From NCBI RefSeq assembly GCF_009914755.1, contig NC_060942.1: a stretch of DNA of 64,000 nt; one strand, 5' to 3'. Below are positions 1-13,172 of the stretch, in pieces. The DNA is from the human T2T-CHM13v2.0 reference genome, Homo sapiens. Numbering within the stretch: position 1 is the first letter of the stretch; each line of letters opens with the position of its first letter. The notes under the pieces were generated by a model. The model saw only the letters and a program-made list of their open reading frames with translations, was not told the origin of the DNA and made no database searches. A program made the translations under genes and the position numbers.

Positions 1-137
1 GCTTTCCTTAGCTTGCAGAGGAACAGCCCAGGAGGTGGAGTGATCTTTGTACCTAGAAGCATGTGTGAGAAGTCTTCTGTGTACATAATTAGAATAAAAA
101 TCTTTATATGATTTTTATCAAAAAATAAGGTTTTCTT

Positions 138-364
<227 letters not shown>

Positions 365-1054
365 AAAAAATAAGGTTTTCTTAACAAGGCTTCTTGGTTG
401 ATGGATGTAGAGATACTGTGAACATCTATCTCTACACTATCATCTGCCTTCGGCACAGTCAGTCAGCTTCAGCTCCCAATTCCTAATGCGGCAAATGTCT
501 ATATGGCTGAACTGGACAGTGAGCACTGGGGTTCATCAAGTGCGAGTCAACAGGAATTTTCCGGAAAGCATCAGATTATTTTGAATCTTGCAGATGCCAG
601 CCCCACATAAGCCAACGTTAATCCATCCTGCTTTATCCATCTGCCCTTCATCCTCTGGGATGAGATCTGCATGTACAGAAAGGGAAAGGTGCTAGAGAGA
701 AAAGGTGTGGAAGAAAACACTTGCATTCAGAAATGGAGTTCCTTCTTCCCCTCAGTCTCTCGTTCCCTTAGAATACCTGCTGGGCATTGCTGGTCTGGAG
801 GCAGTGGAATAGAATGAATAGAAAGGGAGCAGCTTGGTTGGCTTGGGAAGCTTCTCAGATCAACTCACAGAAAGTGCAGTGAACAACAAGACCAGTGATA
901 AATGTGATAGTGTCTCTGAAACACCTTGGAGCCTGATTTCAGAATTGAGATTTTCTTTATCACATATGCTTTTCCATGAGTCGGAAACCTCATTCTATTA
1001 TAATAGACATCATCCTGTTAACGTGTCTACATGGGCCTCTTTTTCTGCAGCTCC

Positions 1055-1710
1055 CCAGTCTGTATCACCATCCACCTCACTGCTCATGCTAGAGACTTAG
1101 GAAACATCCTGTTCCTCTCTTTCACTCACTCCCCACAGCCAATCCATCAGCAGGTCCTGCCTGCCAGTCTCGTCCAGACACTCACACCAACCCCCTACCA
1201 TGTGTTCAATTTCTGTCTACATCACCCCCAATCCCTACAACACACAAGTGCCTCTTGGCTGCCCCTTTGCTTCTGGGCACATTGGGTAGGGAATTCCAGG
1301 GTCCTGGGCACAAACATGGACAAGCAGGGGTTGGTGTGGGCTCTGAATACTCACAGCACCTTGAGGCCGAGGACTCCTCACCTCAGCAAGGCTCAGGTGG
1401 GGGAGGCCGGCCGGGACCTCCTTAAGCTGGGGTCCCTGTTGTCAGGGCAAGGAAAGGGATGCCCTTGATTCTATCTCCAACTCTCCTCCTGAATGAGGGT
1501 ACCCACTTCTCCCTTCTCCACTGCCAGCATTCTAGGCCAAGTCACCAACAGCTGGTCCGTGCTCTCGGTGACCCCTCCCTGCTCTCTATTCTCCTCGCAG
1601 CCCCCAGAGTGACCTTGTGAAAATATAAAGCAGATCATCTCAACACCTTGCTTAAAACCTCCCCCTCACGCTTAGAATAAAATCCCAACTCCCTGACCTT
1701 CTAGGCTCTC
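1055..1710 (+). mobile_element. L2 LINE fragments (interrupted)
   Basis: accatccacctcactgctcatgctagagacttagg... and ...gcagatcatctcaacaccttgcttaaaacctcc resemble the L2 3' region. Confidence 0.6.
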
Positions 1711-1759
1711 TCTGGGGTGACCGGGTACCGTAGGGAGGGGCACACACTTTCGGTGACTA

Positions 1760-1980
1760 TCCTTGGAGTTAATGGCATCAGGTTTGGCACCAGACAGCCT
1801 GGGCTCGGATTCCACTGAGCTACTTTTTACTTGTGTAAACCTCAGCAAGTTACTCAAACCTTCTAAGCCTTAATTTCCTCGTCTATAAACTGGCGATGAC
1901 ATTGTAAGTAGCTGCTTCATAGAGCTGCTGTCAGGATTCATTGGGACGTTGGTGAAAAGTGCTCAGTACATTCACTTTCA
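1760..1980 (+). mobile_element. MIR SINE
   Basis: MIR core-like ctcagcaagttactcaaaccttctaagccttaatttcctcgtctataaa. Confidence 0.75.
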
Positions 1981-2399
1981 ATACTAGCTGATAAAAGAAT
2001 CCTAACAATAGAAACATTAACTTAAACACTCAGGGTCTCACCTTCAAATACTAGCTTTTCATGTCCTTACTTGGCTGATAAGCCACGCTGTCTATAAACT
2101 AAATAACTGAAGACAAGGTAACAATTAAATTAATGAAATAATAAAACTATAAAATTAATAACTAGAAAATATCCAGAATACCATGATAAGATTGTCTAAG
2201 AATTTTTTTTTAAATCATTTGAAGGGCTACCCCTTTTTCAGAGTAAGACTCACACCTACCATATCCCTGACCTGCAACTGTCCAGCCCCTCCAGAGCTGG
2301 GGCATCCTGATTGAGTAGGGGAGCCATTATATTTTCAGCTAATACCCATTTTATGAGGAACATTCTGTAAAACCAAAATTGATCTTCCCTTAGTGAACA

Positions 2400-3090
2400 C
2401 CCACTAGTCTTGTTTCACCCAGTGGCATTCCTCAGACAGAGCAACTTTAAATAAGTGCAGATGGCTGTCTTGTTCTCCACTGAACAGGCTCTCCTAGGGG
2501 TGAAAGCTCCCAGGTCCTCAACCCTTCCTCACAGTACGTGGTTTCTAGCCCCTATCATTCTGATGTTGCTTTTCTGAGCATGCTGGTCTGGGAATGTCTC
2601 TTTTGAAAGGGGCTCCTCAAAGTAAACATTATCTTCCAGAGGTGGTCTTGGCATACTGAACAGAGTCAGATGTTACTTCCCTTTTTCTTAACACAGTCCA
2701 CAGTCAAGGAACACATTCCCTTCCCTGGAAGACATATTTCACTGCTTCCAGTCAACTAAAATCCCCATGCTTCATGCACACTTCCTTCCAGCCATGCCTT
2801 CCCATCAACATTTATCTGTTTTGTCTCATCCATTTATGAGCAGGATTTTACATGTATTCCTATCTACTTCATTTGATTGACATCTTGATACTATCCTGGC
2901 CTCTCTAGATCATTGTGGATTATGAGTCTATCAGCCACTGGCTGGCATATACAGTTTCAAGTCACACAAGCATTGCTTTAGCAGGTCATCCATGCTAGTC
3001 ACTGACAAAGCTATTGAACAGAGTCCTGCCATCTGCTATCCGGATCTGCCTTCAGCCTCACAGGGGCTTATTAACTACCACTCTTTACCC
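2400..3090 (-). mobile_element. L3/CR1 LINE fragment
   Basis: cccaggtcctcaacccttcctcacagtacgtggtttctagcccc...ccagaggtggtct resembles antisense CR1 ORF2. Boundaries approximate. Confidence 0.55.
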
Positions 3091-3449
3091 TTGATTATTA
3101 GACCAGTGTGGGGGACATACCCCAAGGTGGCCCCTAGTGACTCAGGCCCTTGTGTAATCCCTTCCCCTTGAATGTTTGCTTACAGCCCATCTTCTGATGC
3201 CCTGAAATTCTCTTTATGTTAAACTCCCTAAGGGTGAGGACCGTTGGTTTCATTTGTATACCCCAGACTGCTGAGCACAGCATCTTCCACCAGTACTTTC
3301 AACTTAAAACCTGTGAAAATAGTTTGTGACTGGAAAATACTGTTAATATATGATGCTACAATTCTTCAACTGTGGACTTAGTCTGAGTCAAGGACTTTTA
3401 ATTTATATGGATGATCTGGATAACAGTAAAATTCAGATTATACGTATGT

Positions 3450-3590
3450 ATTCATTCATTTATTTGTTTATTTAGGAGATGGGATATTGCTATGTTGCCC
3501 AGGCTGGTCTCAAACTCCTGGTCTCAAGCGATCCTCCCACCTCAGCCTCCGAAAGTGTTAAGATTACAGGCATGAGCCAGCACACCTACC
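3450..3590 (-). mobile_element. Alu monomer (FLAM_C-like)
   Basis: Single left-arm monomer with degenerate TSD aaaa(t/c)tcagatt at about 3428 and 3591. Confidence 0.8.
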
Positions 3591-3849
3591 AAAACTCAGA
3601 TTTTATAAGCAAGACACATCGTTTCCTTCCTCTGTGACCTTACTGTGACCTCTGTGTTACTGTGATGGCCAACCATTCATCTACTCATGACATGTAACTC
3701 CCTTAATGGTAGCTTTGTGACCCAAAAGACTTGATCTTGCTTTCAGAGGAGCTTGATTTATATTGCATTGAAATAGCTCAAGGACCAAGAAAATTCAAAT
3801 TAACCAACCTTTCACTCAACAAATAATTAATGGAGTCCCTTTAAGTACT

Positions 3850-4347
3850 GTCCACAGATTCTTAGTTACACTTCTTTTCAAGATGTGGAACTTAATTCCA
3901 CTTGCATTGAGTGTGGGCTGGACTTAGTGACTTATTTCTAAGAAACAGAATGAAGTGGATGTGATGGTGTGTGGCTTCTGAGGCTAGTATGTCATGGTAT
4001 CTTCCTTCTTGTTCTCTCTCTTGAATTCCTTGTTCTGGCAGCAGCCAGCTGCCACATTGTGAGGACACTCAAGCAATTTCACACAGCAAGGAACTGAGGC
4101 CTCCTGCCAAGAGCTATGTGAACAGGCCACTTAAGTAGCAGACCCTCCAGCCACAGTCAAGCCTTCAGATGACTGCAGCTCTGGCTGAGATCTTGACACA
4201 ACCTCATGAAAAACAGTGAGTCAGGACCATCTAGCTAAGCTGCTCTTGAATTCCTGGTCCACAAAAACTATGAGATGATGAATATTTATTGTTTTAAATT
4301 GCCAAGTTTTAGAGTAACTTGTTATGCAGCAATAAACAACTAATACA
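3850..4347 (+). mobile_element. MLT1 (MaLR) solo LTR, MLT1F-like
   Basis: gagtgtgggctggacttagtgact...ccttcagatgactgcagc...ttgttatgcagcaataaacaactaataca typical MLT1 3' end. Confidence 0.8.
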
Positions 4348-4373
4348 AATACAAATTCAGAATTTTGACTTAC

Positions 4374-5420
4374 CTTGTAGTATTGTAAAATTCTTGATGA
4401 GCTGACCATGCTTGGAGTCTACTAGCTTCATTTCTTCCATAATCACTGATAAGTTGGCTACTTCAGTGTCTAACCTCGACCTCATCAAATCTTGTTGCAT
4501 CCTGAGAGAAACAGAATCCAAACGGATGTTGGCCAGGGTATTATTCAAGGAGGTCAGATCATCTGTGTGTTTGGTAAGGGTATCTGTGCAAGTGGTCCTG
4601 ACTTCATTTAGATTGCTGGTCAGCGTCCGCAGGTGGTGGGCTGTGTAACTGATATTGCTAATGATGTTCACAATATCCGTCTCAAAGAGCTGGAAGCGTT
4701 CCTCCAGTTGGTTGAACTTGATGGCTGTTCTATTCTCTGCATCTTTGTGTAAGTCCTGCAGGTCTTTCAGGTTCTGCTCGTTGGCTTGAGAGATAGTGGT
4801 GATGTTCTCCATCTGACCTGTGAATGAGTTGAGCTGGCTGTTCATATCCTCCAGGGTGTCGTTGTTGGCTTTGGCCAACGCAGAGTTGTTGGCAGCCAGC
4901 GTCTGCAAGCTCTGCACTTTCTCCTTCAGCCAATCCGTGTCCTTCTTGGCTTGAAGAAAAACCTGCTGCAGATTTTGAAAGTCGTTCTTGATTCGCTGGA
5001 TAGCCTGGCTTGTGTCATCCACAGACCGCTGCAGATTCGTGATGAGGTTCCTCTGCTGCACCTGGGTCAGGTTCAGGTTGTTGAGGTTCATGATGACCAC
5101 ATTATGAGAATACATTTGGTTCTGCAGATTGCCCTGGAGCACGCTGGTATCTTGCTGCAGATTCGTGACATAGCCATTATACGCCTGGAGGGTTTTGTTT
5201 ACAGTGGTGATGAGGAAAGAGTTATTCTCCAAAGTTTCTTTCAATTGACTCTGCCTGTCCACCAGAGCATCCCCGCTCGCCTGTAACTTCTCCAGCGTAT
5301 CCTTGTTCTTGCTGGTTTTTTCTGTAATCTCACGAAGTTGCTGACGGAGATCTAGAATGTCTGATCTGAAGGTGGAGAGTTCTGAGTTGGTGCTGATAGC
5401 TTTCTTCCCAGTTTGGTCAC
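4374..5420 (-). CDS. COLEC12: COLEC12 coding exon (exon 5): alpha-helical coiled coil ending at the first collagen Gly
   Basis: Minus strand CTTATTCCAG|GTGACCAAAC ... CTACAAG|GTAAGT. 1047 bp, phase 1-1, inside ORF 4357..5631. Heptad-like L/I/N/Q-rich sequence with many N-x-S/T sequons (NNS, NKT, NLT, NDT, NIT, NRT, NIS, NNT, NLS, NFT). Confidence 0.98.
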
Positions 5421-6143
5421 CTGGAATAAGAAATATCTGTGACTTATATTGGTGGTATGGAGAAGTGTTCAGGCAAGGCCAAAGATCCCGAACACACTTA
5501 ATCGGTATGCACTGTATTTTAGATGCAAAATTGGCAGTATAAGCGGACAGCTCTGCATTAGTAAAATGTACATATCTATTAAAACTGGGTCCTGGGGAAT
5601 CGGAAAAGAAGCTCAGAACTAGGAATGACAAACTTGGCTGAACATTTTTCTCAAAGAGGGAGGGGGAATTTACTAGATTTTAGGGCAGTGGGCAGGCTGT
5701 CAAGAAGAAACTAACCTTTTAAATTTCCCAAATTTTTTTTTAATGAAAGCAAAAATCAAGGAATAGAATATGCTAGGATCTTTCACTTTATAACTTAATT
5801 TCTACAATTCTATGTAGTTTAAAGTATTTCAAAAATGCTCAGTAAATTCCTATTTATGTGACAGTTTTTAATAAAGGGTATTTGTGTTTTTTTTCAGTCA
5901 GGATTGATCTTCAGATATTATTTGGCACATAATAGTTTTCTTGGCAGGACTTAATTCCAAAACTGACCCTTAACTTTAAAATTTAAGCATTTGAATTAAA
6001 TCATGAGGGGAGACTCAACATGCAACACAAAAATTGAATGTCCTTCCGGGTGAATGGGGAGTTTATAGCAACATCATTCTAAGAAGCTGTGGTCATTTAT
6101 GTAGAGTCAGGGGATTTCATGGTTTAGTCTTGTCACAGATTAC

Positions 6144-6242
6144 CTAATTTTTTCAGGTCACTTTCCACTGCTGTGAGCTTGTCATCATAGGTTTGGCGAG
6201 ATGTTTCCATGCCACCTGTGACATTGTCCATTTTCTCTACAA
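6144..6242 (-). CDS. COLEC12: COLEC12 coding exon (exon 4): juxtamembrane spacer / start of coiled coil
   Basis: Minus strand TTTTCCAAATCTTAG|TTGTAGAGAAAATG ... AAATTAG|GTAATC. 99 bp, phase 1-1. Encodes (V)VEKMDNVTGGMETSRQTYDDKLTAVESDLKKL(G). Too short for the ORF track. Confidence 0.96.
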
Positions 6243-6941
6243 CTAAGATTTGGAAAATGATGCATTAGTATACATATCTGCTCATATTTTATTTTTCAGT
6301 TTCAAAACAAGAGATCATTTCATTATGGAACAAAGGAAACAGATTGAACGAAAACAGTGTAACTGAAATCAAATATAGGAAAGAAAAGCCATCTTTTTGG
6401 AAAAATAACTTACTTGTCACAAAACCCAGGGGTACAATTTACTTAGTTGAGAATTGTATGTTCTTAACTATTCTTATGATTCTGTAATGCCTTGGATGTT
6501 TCAGAAATCATTTGGAACTAATTTAAAAATTTTCATGCATTTTAGAAGTCCCTAATCTGCTATTTCCTATATTAATTTCCATAGATGAAGGCAAGGCACA
6601 CTGTGATAATTTACAAAATGTTGTCACTCATCAGCTTCCCTAACATTCTTGGCAGGTGGGACTCATTTACCTAGAAAAGGATTCCATTGGCAAGGAAAAC
6701 CCAGCTCAATTCTATACACAAAATCGGCATAGAAAGGTTGCAAAGTCAAGAGTGTCTGCCACTTTCTGTTATGAGTTCCACCACAAGGCCCTGAAAATCT
6801 GCTTTTTGTTAGTGACAACTGATTCTGTAGTTTGTCAGTTCTCAAGTAGATGCCTGAGTGGTGTTTCCAAACAATGATTTGCCAAGAAGTATTTTTTGGT
6901 AGTATTTTCTTGATTGCATATGATAGGGAAAGTAATGCCAC

Positions 6942-8520
6942 TGATAGGGTTTGGCTGTGTCCCCACCCAAATCTCACCTTGAATTATACTCCCCTAATTC
7001 CCATGTGTTGTGGGAGGGACTTGGTGGGAGATAATTTGAATAATGGGGGTGGTTTCCCCTATACTGTTCTGGTGGTAGTGAATAAGTCTCACAAGATCTG
7101 ATGGTCTTATCAGGGGTTTCCACTTTTGCATCTTTCTAATTTTCTCTTGCCGTCCCAAATGTTAACCCCCAAGACAATGGGGAAAATGTCTTCAGGGCAT
7201 GTCAGAGCCTTCCTGGCAGCCCTTTCCATCACTGGCCTGGAGGCCCAGGAGAAAATGGTTTCGTGGGCCAGGCCCAGGGTCCCCATGCTGTGTGCAGCCT
7301 AGGGACTTGGTGCCCTGCTTCCCAGCCACTCCAGCCATGGCTGAAAGGGGCCAATGTGGAGCTGGGGCCGTGGCTTCAGAGGGTGCAAGTCTCAAGCCTT
7401 GGCAGCTTTCATGTGTTGTTGAGCCTGTGAGTGCACAGAAATCAATAATTGAGGTTTGGGAACCTCCGCCTGGATTTCAGAGGATGTATGGGAACTCTTG
7501 GATATCCAGGGAGAGGTTTGCTGCACGGGTGGGATGTGCATGAAGAACCTCTGCTAGGGCAGTGTGGAAGGGAAATGTGGTGTCGGAGCCCCCACACAGA
7601 GTCCCTACTGGGGCACTGCCTAGTGGAGCTGTGAGAAGAGGGCCACCGTCCTCCAGACCCCAGAAGGGTAGATCCACTGACAGTTTGCACCGTTCACCTG
7701 GAAAAGCCACAGATGCTCAACACCAGCCATGAAAGCAGCAGGGAGAGAGGCTGTACCCTGCAAAGCCACAGGGGTGGAGCTGCCCAAGACCATGGGAACC
7801 CACCTCTTGCGTCAGCATGACCGGGATGTGCGACCTGGAGTCAAAGGAGATAATTGTGGAGCTTTAAAATTTGACTGCCCTGCTGACTTTGAACTTGCAT
7901 GGGGCCTGTAACCCCTCTGTTCTGGCCAATTTCTCCCATTTGGAAAGGCTATATTTACCCAATACCTGTAACCCTCATTGTATCTAGGAAGTAACTAGCT
8001 TGCTTTTGATTTTACAGGCTCATAGGCGGAAGGGACTTGCCTTGTCTCAGATGGGACTTTGGACTGCGGACTTTAGGGTTAATGCTGAAATGAGTTAAAA
8101 CTTTGTGGGACTGTTGGGAAGGCATGATTTGTTTTGAAACGTGAGGACATGAGATTTGGCAGGGGCCAGGGGTGGAATGATACAGTTTGGCTGTATTCTC
8201 GCCCAAATCTCATCTTGAATTATATCTCCCAGAATTTACATGTGTTGTGGGAAGGACCCAGTGGGAGATAATTTGAATCATGGGGGCGGTTTCCCCCATA
8301 CTGTTCTCATGGTAGTGAATAAGTCTCACGAGATCTGATGGGTTTCCACTTTTTCATCTTTCTCACTTTCTCTTGCTGCTGCCGTGTAAGAAGTGCCTTT
8401 TGCCTCCCACCATGATTCTGAGGCCTCCCCAGCCATGTGGAACTGTAATTCCAGTTAAACCTCTTGTTCTTCCCAGTCTCGGGTATGTCTTTATCAGCAG
8501 CGTGGAAACGGACTAATACA
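6942..8520 (+). mobile_element. THE1 (MaLR, THE1A-like) element: partial 5' LTR 6942-~7153, internal ~7155-8177, 3' LTR 8178-8520
   Basis: tgatagggtttggctgtgtcccc start, ...ggactaataca end, purine tract before the 3' LTR. 5-bp TSD GCCAC at 6937-6941 and 8521-8525. Confidence 0.93.
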
Positions 8521-8725
8521 GCCACACTAAATAAAAGCTTCAGTTCTTATTCATTTTCAGAAGGCAGTAATTCTCTACAGTTATGAATTCAAGTACACGT
8601 TTCTAAAATGTTAAATAAGAGGATGTTTCTCCAAAAGTGATTTATGTGAGATACAGCTTCTAGCAGCTTGGGATCAAGTCTGACTGTCCTTCTTAGTATC
8701 AATAGCTTAAAAAAAAAAGACTTCA

Positions 8726-9092
<367 letters not shown>

Positions 9093-9624
9093 TTATGAGC
9101 CAACGGATCTAATTTATTGTATTCATCACATGTTCTACCCACGCATGACTGTGTGAGATTCTCCTGGCTCCTCTCAGGAAGAAGTAGTAAGTTCCCATGT
9201 GTTTGTGTGACCCAAAGTGAACTGGCTCCTTGGATCCTGGAATTGTCCCTGGAGAAGCTCACTGTTTTCCCTCAAGCTTCTACCGTCTGGTCATAATGAA
9301 ATGTGTGCACTGCGACAAACACTCTCTCACACGAGCCTTTCCATGTGTTCTCTCTACCTAGAATGTTCTTCCCTGTTTTTTTTTTTTACTGAGCTAAGTC
9401 CTATTTGCTCTTCAAGACTCTGCTTGTCACTTCCTGTGGGAACCCTTTGCCGAGGTGCACCTTGCAGAATTCCCCTGGCAAGTAGTCCTTTCTCTATTAT
9501 GGGACTCACTGCACTGTGCTGTCATGACTTATCTACTATTATATCCTTTAGGGCAGGAAAATTTACATTCAATTCCATCTCTTCCTCTTAGCTCAGTGTG
9601 TGGCACTTTGTAGGTAGTCAATGA

Positions 9625-10044
<420 letters not shown>

Positions 10045-11329
10045 GGATTTATTTAAATAAGTAGCAATCTGCCGGCTGAGCTACAGGGCAAGCAAACACG
10101 TGTTTCCCAACCAACCCAGGGAAGCCTGAGCATTGGCAGTGAGTATGACATTTCGCTGAGTAATTATTATTTTTAAAATTACTACATAGACAGAGAGATG
10201 CAGTTCTAATAATCTGTACCTTAGGGTTGCTTCATAGGTACACATACTCCTAAATCCCTGGAAACTCTCAAGAATAAAATGTTGCATATGTGTTTTTAGC
10301 AAAGCTAATTTTTAAGAACTAAAATACAGAATGTTTACAGGTTTAGGTTCAGTTTTGATCCTCAAATCAAAACATATGCCTCGGTCTGTCCTCAAACCAC
10401 ATGCAGGATCTCAAGTCCTGCCCTTCTTTCCTGGAAGCCAAAGAAACCTTCAAATATGCTGACAGTCAGTCATTTTCTACCCTTTCTACTTTTTCTTCCA
10501 TTTTAGTTTTGAAAAACAGAGAACTGTCATGGACAGATAACTCAGGTTTGTGTAGAATAAATACAAAAGGGATAAATACATTCATTAAAAAAAAGAACAA
10601 AAAAAATCTGTCGACGTTTTCTTCTGTGCAGCAAAAGGAAACTATTTTCCCTGCCCACAAGTGCTAATGAACAGTTTACATGCACTGGGGGGTGTGTGTC
10701 TTTGTTTAACAATAGGATCTGGTATAAAGCTGGAAATGTTAGGATTGCAATGCTGGAACCTGCTACTGCATAAAAATACCAGACTGGTGGAGATCCAGAA
10801 CTTACCCTTGCTGTAACAGCACACAGCACTTTCATTGACTTTTATTCTGAATTTATTAGCACCAATTCTCAATCAGGAATACAGTCGCAGAGCCATCCTG
10901 TATTACCCTGGAAATTCCCAGTCTATAGACATAGACCTCAGTTTGCAGACCATTCTCACATGAGAAAAATGAGCAGGATACACAGAAGGGTGACCAGCAG
11001 TCTGGTTTCTCATAGGCTCTCCTGTATTGGGAATTGTTTCTTAAGGTAGAATTTTTCTACAGAATATTGGTGTTTCAGGTATTATACCTGAAGATCTGTC
11101 CCTCTTCAAGTATCCAAAGTATAATTCTCTAGGATACTCTGACAATAAAACCTTTTTTATAAAAGCACTTCGGTATCATCCCTTGGCCTGGGCCACTAAC
11201 TTCTTCTTCCCTCGTCTTGACTCCACTTCTCCTTGAAGGTCCGCTCCACACCTCACTACCCCATTGTACTCAGCCACACCTACAAGTTGATTCCACTGCA
11301 CACCAACTCGATCTTTATTTGAATGATAA

Positions 11330-11540
11330 TAATAATAGCCTCTATTTATCGAGTGCCTGCTCTTTGCCGGATGCACTACACCATCACTGCAGTTAATCCT
11401 TCCAACTGCTGTTTTGTAGATGAAGAGATTGAGGCTCACAGATGTTCAGTAACTTGCTAAAAAGTCACACAGCTTGTCAGTGACTATGTGGGATACCAGG
11501 CTGGAAGGTTTAACTCCAAAATCCATGCTCTTTCTATGAC
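11330..11540 (-). mobile_element. MIR SINE
   Basis: ttttgtagatgaagagattgaggctcacagatgttcagtaacttgc...gtcacacagc. Confidence 0.75.
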
Positions 11541-13108
11541 TCCGTATCACCTCTCTTTTGGTATTTCTTTTTCCTAAATCTGGTTTCCTCCAATAAAGAA
11601 TCCCTTAAGGGGAAGAATTATTTCTGTTTATATTCTCTTTAAAGTTAACATCACCAGACATTTACCAAGTATCTGCCATGTAGGTGGCATAGTGCTAGAC
11701 ATTGAGGATTCAAGAGACACAGGCCATGGTCTCGGCCCTGAGGACAGAGCACAGAGCTCCTAGCTGGTGCTCACACGTTTTTGTACCAGACTGATCATGG
11801 CACTGTGGGATAAATACTTCCTCTCTCTGGGACCTGGGGCTTCCCAGTAACATTAGTTACACTCCTCTGGAATTTAATAAAGGCATTTCTACCTTGAACA
11901 CCATTTTAGGTTTCCTTACAGAAATACAGAAAATCTGATTGTAGGGTGTTATCCTGGATCCTAAAGCGCTCTCCAGTGTGATTTGATGTGTATTTTGAAA
12001 GCCTAAATAGTAATCCAGTTGTAAACTGCTACACTGACCCAGCTTAGCAGCAAAGTAGACTACCAGTGACTAGGAATGTTGAATTAAAGGAGATCCTTAT
12101 TGAGAAAGATTCAGATTTCTGTCTTTTTTCTTTTTCCTAATTACCTTTAGAAGGTTGCCTGTTGGAAAGGATAATGGAGTAGGATTTTCCTGTTCAGGAA
12201 ATATTCTGGAAGAAACATGACACATTGAACTTAAGAGATGACTCCTGCTATGGAAGCTCTGTTGACTAATGATAAAAAGCCCGGGGCAGAGGATGTACCA
12301 AGCTCAACTGTCCAAGAACATGTTTTCTGCAAAGTGGCTGATACGCCTCACAGTCACGACCACTGCACAGACCCTGTCTGGGTGACTGAGCGATTCTCTG
12401 GCTTCTTCAGCAAATTCTCTTGATGGAAGCTCATTGTATTCTAACTTGTGGCTATGTAAGTGACATGAAAGAAGAAAAGAACAATTTTGAGCAAAACAGT
12501 ATGAAGTTGCCTTTGCCAGCTCTGATAAATAAAAGTTTTTACTCCTTTCCTTTCGATTTCTCCTTCAGAGGAATGCCTTATTGTGTTTCTTTCATTGAAT
12601 ATTCTTTTCTTTCTTTCTTTTGTAACGGAGAGAGTTTCTCTAGACTTCAAAGGGGGAATGTGTGAAGGGAGAACTGGGTTTTATCTTTCTGCCTCTTACA
12701 ACATTGGGTCACTAGAATCTTACCAGCAAGAAAGAGGAGTCACTGTGTGAGTAAAGAGAAAGCACATCTGGAAAATATCAACATTTTAGTTCATTAATGG
12801 TGTGTTTGGAAAGCAAAAGTGCATGTTGTATTATCTTTTTTTTGGTCAGTGGAGGCCTGAAGGAGGGGGGCACTGAAGGAAAGAAAAGAGGGGCAAGACA
12901 TCATCTCGTTTCCCCTTGTACTTGCTCCCCATTATCTCTTCTTCCTTCATCTTGGTGAGACTGCCCCCACAGAGCAGGCCAAGCCAATCTCCAAAACATT
13001 AGGTTTCCAGGCAGGGCTTTTAGGGGCAGCTATCCCCTAGATGCAGATTGGCTTAGAGGTCCCTGAGCATCTGCTGTTTGCCTTCCTGGAAGGCAGCCCT
13101 AATGCACA

Positions 13109-13172
13109 ATCCATCAATCCATCCATGCATCCATCCATCCATCCATCCATCCATCCATCCATCCATCCATCC
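13109..13172. repeat. (ATCC)n tetranucleotide microsatellite at the tail of an antisense L2
   Basis: About 15 imperfect ATCC units read directly. An L2 3'-end-like sequence follows (13180-13520). Confidence 0.9.

Noticed and set aside
4412-5542. Antisense and alternative-frame ORFs overlapping exon 5
   Set aside because: Shadow ORFs of coding sequence with no independent signals.
4357-5631. 424-aa ORF as a stand-alone gene with N-terminus MSFLVLSFF...
   Set aside because: It starts at a TTG in intron 4. The real exon is bounded by AG/GT at 5420/4374, and the extensions are incidental open frame.
7192-8525. Cluster of ORFs of 60-114 aa
   Set aside because: They lie in degenerate THE1 internal/LTR sequence with no intact retroviral gene.
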